A stretch of 64,000 nucleotides of DNA from Saccostrea cucullata (lineage: Eukaryota): the NCBI RefSeq assembly GCF_032062105.1, contig NW_026930674.1, positions 310,001 to 374,000 on the forward strand, given 5' to 3'. The notes below the pieces were generated by a model that made no database searches, was not told where the DNA came from, and saw nothing but the letters and a program-made list of their open reading frames with translations. This document shows positions 56,239-64,000 of the stretch, piece by piece. Position numbers and translations under genes: made by a program. Numbering within the stretch: position 1 is the first letter of the stretch; each line of letters starts with the position of its first letter.

Positions 56239-57952
56239 CTAAAATGCACAAATGATCATATTTAACTAAATTGAAACCATTTCCTTAATTTAAAACATAT
56301 CAAAACTGCAAAATTATTAACGTAACTTTCACAATTTTCAAAGGTGCTTTCAACAGTGAGTGGCACATGCGATTTTAGATGATTGTTGAGAAACCTTTGA
56401 TTTAAAATTCGTCCGATCTCTCAACGATCTCTTACGACCTTGAACAGTTCATTTGGAAATCATTATGAATTTGCTATGCTTTGAAAGAGATATTGGTGAT
56501 ATTACAGAGAGATCGGCAGTTTCTCTGAAATGTCACAACAGCTCCAAAACATTCCACTGATCTCTCAGTGATGCCTCAAACAGCCGTTGAACTCTCCTGG
56601 ATCTCTATTGAAGTCTTCAATATACTGTCCTCTACAAAAATTTGAATTTTTCAATTAAAAAATCTCTCGATTTGCGATCTCTTGATGATCTCTATGACTT
56701 CTCTCACCTAAAGCTGCTAAACACTGCATTTTCCTCTGAGAGATTAGTGGGAGATCCAAGAGACCAATAAGCAATCTTTTGGAATTCCCTCTGCTTAGCC
56801 TTACAATCGTTGAGAAACGGTTTGGATATAGTCAAAACTTGTAGACCTTGAAAACTGGACATCCCTGAGAGATCATGGAATGGATGACTGGACGTCTGTT
56901 CAAAAATCGCTGAGAAATATCCTGCAACGCCCAGGAATCTCTCAGCTGTCGTCATTTCTGTAGTGAGACTTACAGATGTACGTTCAGGTTATAACCTGTC
57001 CCGGTTTAGGTATTTTTTGGTTTACGCTGCATTTGAGTATTTTACACTTACAGGTGCCCGTTTGGGTCTTATCTCCAACTCTTTTCCATGCGCTCCTCTA
57101 TCCATCTTTATTCACTTCATGATTTATATGGCCTCTCTCTCGTTACATGCAGAATCCAAGGGAACCTAACATAAAGAATAAAAAAAAAAATTATACAATA
57201 TACTGACGTAGTATCATGCAGTAAATTTTGAATTTATTTGGGGAAGGTAAATCCAAAATTTACATCATGATAGTAGTTTGTCCACTGTCTGGTAAAATAG
57301 TGGTCAACAGTAACTTAACCTATTTGTATTCATCAGTAGCTATGTACTAGTATTGCAATAGAGACATCTGGGATAGAATCTGATGTGGACAAGCCAAAAC
57401 AGTCAGGAAAATAACTAAATCGAATCGAAAATTTTTCAGATGCCTTTTTCAGCGGTAACACCATTGAGGTTTGGCAGCACATACAATTGACACAAGCTGA
57501 CTCTGCTCTGCAAATAAGATATAAATCTGGTTCATCGAATAATTCTTGCATGTATTTGCGCACTGTGTCGGACTGCGCTGACATTTCTATCAGCTGTCTA
57601 TATCATTTAGTTTCAAGGACTTGCGTGTACGCCATAAAAACAGTGGTGGATTCAAATTTTTTTGAAAGGGGGAGGGGAGAATTTTAAGCAATGCACATGG
57701 ACAAACCACTTTCCTATTATGTAGATTTGACTCTTCATTCTTACGTGGGAATCCTTGTTTCCTATAGGGTAGATTTAAGAAGATGGAGGAACAAAGCGGG
57801 CAGAATGTCTATAACGTCCGATATTAAGAAATCATATTCAGTATGTGAATTGAGTATTTCCATTAACTTCTAATTATTGAAATTTTTGAAGTTATGAGGA
57901 AAAAAAACTTTTTTGAGAGAACACAATCTCGTACTTTCATAAAATAAATAGA

Positions 57953-58047
57953 TGGTGTTCATGGGATTCGAACCCTAGTAATAAAATTCCGACGTAACAA
58001 TAACATAATGCTTTGAGACTAATGCGTTAATCACTTTGCTACATCAC
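57953..58047 (-). repeat. tRNA-derived (Pol III A/B box) sequence, SINE-head-like; not an intact tRNA
   Basis: On -: TAGCAAAGTGATT (A-box-like)...GGTTCGAATCCC (B box)...ACCA. Acceptor and anticodon stems do not close. Confidence 0.5.
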
Positions 58048-61000
58048 TCATGACGATTTTGGGCATTTAAATCATGTTTTTGATATGACCCGCGACTTAA
58101 TGGACTTGAAGTATTTCTCGGAAAGATGCGAATGTTGTGTCATAAAAGTGTACTTTTAAGGTATAGTGGGTCTTCGCTCCATGTTTTTGTAAACCAAAAA
58201 ATGTGTATTTTATTGCAAACTTTTAGGATCATCTTTCAAAAAAATGGAGCGAAGACCCACTCATATTGAAAAATTTTGTTAAAGTATGAGAATATGATCG
58301 TTTTTGTTCTTTTTAGTGTGTGTGAGCATTTTCATGGGCAAATATTTTCTGTTTTCGTGAGATTTTTGTAAATTGTAGAGATTTTACATAAAGAATACTT
58401 TAATTTTAGATGAAATATCAAATAAAATTTGGATTTCATTGAGATTAAAATTTTCACTTCTTATCTGTCGCACTATAGGCACTTCACCCGCCTTATCCCC
58501 CCAACTTCTTTATTCGGAAATCCCAATAACTCTCATCATTTCGGAGATCCAGACGCCCCTCCTTTACCCCCGGAGACATTTCAGATACATATTTCCTAAC
58601 TGTGATTTCAATGATCAATGTCATCAAGAGGAATAAAGAGTCACCAGAAATGAAATCATATACGAGAGAGGTCTAACTGAATATTTCTGGTTTTTTTATG
58701 TGCTTCAGATAAGTGACGATGCATTTGTTTTATTTACTTTCCGGCAGAAAAATACACGTTTAAGAAGTTTGATATAAATATATTTACTCTATTGTAAATT
58801 CTCGTTTCGCATATTGAAGGTAATTTATCAATTTTTTATTTTAGTTTTTATGATCTAAGTAAATTGAAACAGGGAAGATTTGAAGGAAATATTGTGAAGA
58901 TATATAATATAGACCTTCTGACTCTCAACGCCAAGTGAAACATCGTTATAGTGTGTGTCATGCAGGTTTGCGTAAAAAGATAACCAAGCTTTAACACGTT
59001 GCACGTGCAGTTCCTCCTCGCGTCATCATTAATTACAAGTTTTGATTCCTGTCTTGTGAGCATGCCTTTGTAGACTTTGCAGCACCCATAATAAGCTTGC
59101 CTATGTAAATCTTTCTAGATCATGTAAATGTTCTCATCAGCATGTTCTGTTCTACCAACCCTGTTTTTATCCATAATGAACATAGACATCAAAGGTAACG
59201 TTTAATTTGCTATCATTCTAAAAACAAGGCCCTGTTTATGCTTCGACTCATTCAAATGGCTGAGAGGGTTCTTGAACTTGTAGACAGTAGAGGAGATTGG
59301 TCAATTAGAACCTTCAACACATCCAGGTATAGCCCCTCCTTCTAATCTTATCTCAACTTATGAGGGAAATTAGATGTACATATTATTAAAAGCATTTTTG
59401 TTTGTTAAAATGCATCTTCCTCTGAAAACAATCTTAGCAAGTAAAGGAGATTAAAAGATTATAGAAGTGATATATGTTTCTATTTATTTTCATAAAAAAA
59501 AAACTACAAAAGTACATAATTGTACTCCACGCACATGCAGAGATTGAGAGAGAAAGAGAGAGAGAATGAATTTTACAGAAATTCACGAACAAGGTGCATT
59601 GAGTATGAAAATATTTTATTCCAAAATGTGCTTTTGAAAGATACATGTATATCAATTAATTAACTCAATTTATTGATTAAATCAAATTCATATGACAAGA
59701 GAAATAGATAAGCATAACACTTTATTTCAGAACCTTTTAAATTCATACATGTATCTCATTTGATAATATAACTTAATCTTCTTTTAATGCATATATAGGG
59801 TAACTTTAAATAAAATAAAAATACCCTTAATGTTTTAATATACTAGTAATTAAATAATATTTCCCCTTAATGTTGATCATTTCCATTAAAGAAATCACCA
59901 TTTTGCATTTTCGCAAGCTGTTACCAAAATTTCCATCACCAATCTTGGATTACTGCTGGTAATCTTCAACGAATAACACTTGACCTAGTTAGTGAACTTC
60001 TCAAGTTTTTAAAAAAAATTAAATAGAGTTGCAACTACTCACACAAATACTTACAGTACATGTATCTATTCTTCCTTCAAGCTACATGTAGAATATATCA
60101 CTTGTGTACAGTAGAACTTAGTACAAATATTAAAGACACGTTAATGTAGGAATAAATTCTTACCGTCACTCCACTCTGAGAGTTTTGTGTTCCAGATTCC
60201 GCGATGTCATTATCAGATTCTACGAATGTTTTGTTTACCTAAAGATACAGGGTGAGTCTGTTCAATCCAGTATAGGGTGTTGCAAAATTTAGGGGGGTTG
60301 ATGTTTCCTTAAATCTTCCAAAACTTTTGAAATTCTCTTGTGTTGAATGTTGAAAAAGTAAATTTCGGAACGGAAACCCCTGGCTTGCGAAGATGTGTAT
60401 ATGGAATTTTATGTTTATAATTCTATAGTTTATTTGACTTATTATGAGATTGCAATGATTTATATATTTCAAATACATATGTAAAATTAAGTTTCTTTTG
60501 ACTGATCTCTTGGACCTCACCAATTCTGTTTTTCGTGATATTACCCCTTCCCCTCCCTCAGTTGTCCCATCCCGCCTTTCGGCAAAGGAAGAAAATTCGT
60601 CTTTTCAAAAACACGAAAATACCTGAAAAAAATTGAATAACTCCATTTTTCTTCGTTAAGAAATACAGATGCATATAGATGAGTAAATCGTTCTCCATAT
60701 AAAATTTCAATAATTGGCATGAAATTGGAATCTTGATTTTCGTTCCGTCTCAGATTGTTGATTTTATTTTGTTTCATTATTTATTGGGATGTGTATAGGT
60801 TTTGTTTTATTTTGATTATTCATTTGGAAAGAAAACGTTAATCTGCTACAGGAGTTTTTAAGATTTCTAATAAGATAATTAGGGGCGTCGCCAGATTTCT
60901 AAAAAAAAAAATAAGGGGGGGGGGGGGAGTGGATGGGAGAGGGGCATCCTGACACTCCTTGAAGTCGAAAAAAAAAATTTGAACATGATTTGATTCATTC

Positions 61001-61584
61001 TTGGAATCAAAATAAAGTAATATTAATTTAAACGGATAAATAATTTAAACAATTCTATTATGTTTCAAACATTTTTTCAGTGGTTTTAGATATAAAGGGG
61101 TGTGGAACTTGCACCCAACACATCCCCGTTTGCATGGCTTCAAACAATTCAAAGGGTAGGCATGAAAGGAAGATCCAGTCCTTTGTGCAAATGCAGTACT
61201 GTTGAACGTGCAAAATTTTTGATATCCTTGATACTTTTTTGCACGTTAACGTTCATATACATATAGGATAAGTTCTCTACTAATTTTATTAGACCATTTT
61301 CTATAAGAAGAAAAAAAGATAGAGATAGTAAAAATTGATGTACATATAAGTACTGATAGGACATTGTACTTTTCCGAACATTGCCTCTACTGGAGATTTT
61401 TATGTATGGAGTGTGTCGTGAAATAAAATCATTTTGATAATTCTACATATATCATTCTCTCCCCTAGCTCGGAAAATAAAAGTATTTTGCCACTTTTTTT
61501 CATACCCTCCCCCTGCAGTTCACCTCCTCCTCCTCTCCCAAAAGCACTTTTGTTAAATTTCATTTATATTATAATTTATAAGGA

Positions 61585-62342
61585 AACAAGATGTGTTTGT
61601 GAAACACTATGCGCCCGGCGGCAACAAAGTTAAAAAAAAATCTATTTTTAGCATATTGGTCACAGTCAAGGTCATAAGGTCATTGACCATGGTGTCATTT
61701 GAAAGCACTTAATCGGTGGAGTATGCATCCTTAATATGAAGTCCCTGTCTCCTATGGTTCAAAAGTTATGGCAAAAAGTGTAAAAACCTATTTTTAGCAT
61801 ATAGGTCACAGTCAAGGTCACAAGATCATTGACCTTAATTAAATTACATTGAAAAGACTTTATTAGTGGATTGCATTTCAAAAATGAAGTCCCTATCTCC
61901 TATGGTTAAAAAGTTATGACAGACAGTGGAAAAAGCTATTTTTAGCATATAGGTCACAGACAAGGTCACAAGGTCATTGACCTTGGTGTCATTTGAAAGG
62001 ACTTTATTAGTGGAGTATGCATACCAAAGAAGTCTCTATCTCTTATTGTTCAAAAGTTATGACAAACAGTGGAAAAAGCTATTTTTAGCATATAGGTCAC
62101 AGTCAAGGTCACAAGGTCATTGACTTTGGGGTCATTTGAAAGGACTTTATTAGAGGAGTATGCATACCAAATATGAGGTCTCTATCTCTTACGGTTTAAA
62201 AGTTTTGGCGAAGGTTAAAGTTGACAACAGACAGACAGACAAACAGACAAACAGATAAACAGACAAATAGACAAATAGACAAACAGACAAACAGACAGGA
62301 CAAAAACAATATGCGCCCCGAAAAAATTCGGGCGCATAAAAA
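61585..62342 (-). mobile_element. HINE/CvA-pearl-like element, same family as 51361-52587, inverted
   Basis: Same termini in reverse complement, (GACA)n tract, about 4 core repeats, hairpin ATGCGCCCCGAA..TTCGGGCGCAT. Confidence 0.88.
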
Positions 62343-62437
62343 TCATATGTGATGATATTCTTTACGCGCCAGCCCCTGTGAAAAAAAAAAGTTTTATGCA
62401 TCGGGATCGTTATACAGAAAATTCTTTATTCTCTCCA

Positions 62438-62570
62438 ATGGCAGAAGGTGGGGAAGAAGAAAACAACCCATTTTCTTTCAAAAAGTTTGTAAAATCGAAA
62501 GACAAGCATGTTGTACAAAGCAGTGAAGATGAAGCGGAATCCAAGCAAGAAACTTTAACTCAAACAAAAG
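62438..62570 (+). CDS. ENTR1: First coding exon of probable endosome-associated trafficking regulator 1 (SDCCAG3-like); gene continues beyond the window
   Basis: MAEGGEEENNPFSFKKFVKSKDK... carries the acidic NPFSF(K/R)xF motif I recognise from SDCCAG3/ENTR1. Donor AG|GT at 62570/62571. Only 44 aa are visible. Confidence 0.65.
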
Positions 62571-62824
62571 GTATAGATCATGTGTTTGTTCACCTTTGAT
62601 CATTGTAAAATTTACGATTTCATCAGGACTCAGGCCATTAATTAAATTACATATAAAAACAGTTATATGATTGATTTCAATAAGCTAGCACTAGATGCAC
62701 AGTGGTAAAATGATATTCGTAATGATGTTAAGATTGAAAAAGATAATCATTTGTGACAACTTTTATTTCCATTTTTCAGTTTGAAATCCATCAGTGGCAT
62801 CATAACACTGATAATTAATGTTTG

Positions 62825-63881
62825 ACAGGTCCAGGCCAAAGACTATTTCTACCTACGTAGCTATTAATAGCTACAAAGGTATTTAAACCTACCCAAAGTA
62901 GCTATTTTTACCTACTTTCTGCTTTACTTGCATTTTGTGGCCAAACGCAGGAACGGCGCAACATGGTGAACACAAAATTTCTTGAAACTGTCACACTGAT
63001 GATGGATTATGACAAAAAGAACTATATGCGGTATATTGCATATGTTTGCCCCCACAAAAGTCAAATTTTGAAAACTTCCTGAAATGTGCTGAATTCAATA
63101 AATTGTACGAGAAATATAAGTTAACAGAAAATATTATAGTTCCACAGAGCAGTGTATTCACAATTTCTGTTTTTATGACGTCACAAACTAGTCCGATTTT
63201 ATATCCTTTTTCAGAAAGAGGACAAAATGGACAAAATTTCAACAATTTAAGCTTTAAAATTTATAGAGCGCATGTGTGTTCAGGAACAATATTGACATAT
63301 TTCATTGATATTATCATTCTACACATTATATCAAAATATTTATCCTGAACACACATGCGCTCGGTACTTTTTTTAAAATATGACGAAATATGTACATTTT
63401 TCTGCAAAATTCATAAAAAACTGAAATTTACGTCATATTTGTGACGTCATTACGTACATATGACGTCATTACTTCTGAAATTATTCAGTGCTTTTAAGTC
63501 AGCATATACTCCCCTGTTTAAGGACTTAATTAAATATTAATCCATCAAAGTTTGATTTTGGGGGGCAAATGTTGGTTAATACCGCATATAGTTCTTTGAC
63601 CAAAAAATGATTACTTCGTATATTATCAATTTTGCATAGAAACTAATATAAAATTGCCAATTCAGGAAGTAATCATTTTTTGGCCAAAATTCTGTCGTAT
63701 TCGTCATTAGTGTGACTGTATAAAATTAATATGGTATTCACCATGTTGCGCCGTTCAGTCTTTTGGCAACAAAATGCAGATAATACAAAAAGTAGGTAAA
63801 ATTAGCTACTTTGGGTAGGTTTAAATACCTACGTATCTATTAATAGCTACATAGGTAGAAATAGTCTTTGGACTGGACCTG
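62825..63881. mobile_element. Foldback-like DNA element with long TIRs
   Basis: ACAGGTCCAGGCCAAAGACTATTTCTACCTA...TAGGTAGAAATAGTCTTTGGACTGGACCTGT. Inverted similarity extends about 250 bp, with extra internal IRs at 63268-63361 and 63599-63686. No clear TSD. Confidence 0.85.
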
Positions 63882-64000
63882 TTGGAAAATGAGGAAAAAT
63901 CCTTCAGAACTGTTTGTATTAAAAAACATTTGCAAATAAAGGAAGGTTGCAAAACTGACAGATATTTCTTGCATGCTAATTTATTTGAAAAAAATATTCT

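Noticed and set aside
57333-57634. 83-aa Cys-containing minus ORF
   Set aside because: No recognisable domain, an in-frame stop just upstream, and no convincing splice context.
59035-59095. MGAAKSTK myristoylation-like start on the - strand
   Set aside because: Stops after 18 codons, the donor is weak, and I cannot link it in frame to the EF-hand exons.

Overview
AT-rich, intron-rich animal genomic DNA, most likely an oyster (Ostreidae), judged from the HINE/CvA-pearl-like repeats. The ORF track is mostly exon fragments, so I spliced the genes by hand. Left to right: (1) the 5' two-thirds of PIGN (-). (2) A complete p22phox/CYBA gene (+) that the ORF track misses; it is head-to-head with PIGN and has a U12-type intron 2. 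(3) CDK10 (-). (4) A divergent pair of SLC7 heteromeric amino-acid transporter light chains (- and +), with clustered ATF4/CARE-like and E-box motifs around their 5' ends. (5) A disrupted calmodulin-like gene (-) between two inverted HINE copies. (6) The first coding exon of a probable ENTR1/SDCCAG3 (+). Introns carry many non-autonomous DNA transposons, including a self-nested MITE and a triple-nested stack. The oddest structure is SLC7(-) intron 7, where both the donor and the acceptor have been amplified into tandem arrays of duplicated splice sites. I see no CRISPR array, no rRNA, no intact tRNA and no autonomous transposase. I cannot claim a wholly new biological system from this sequence alone.
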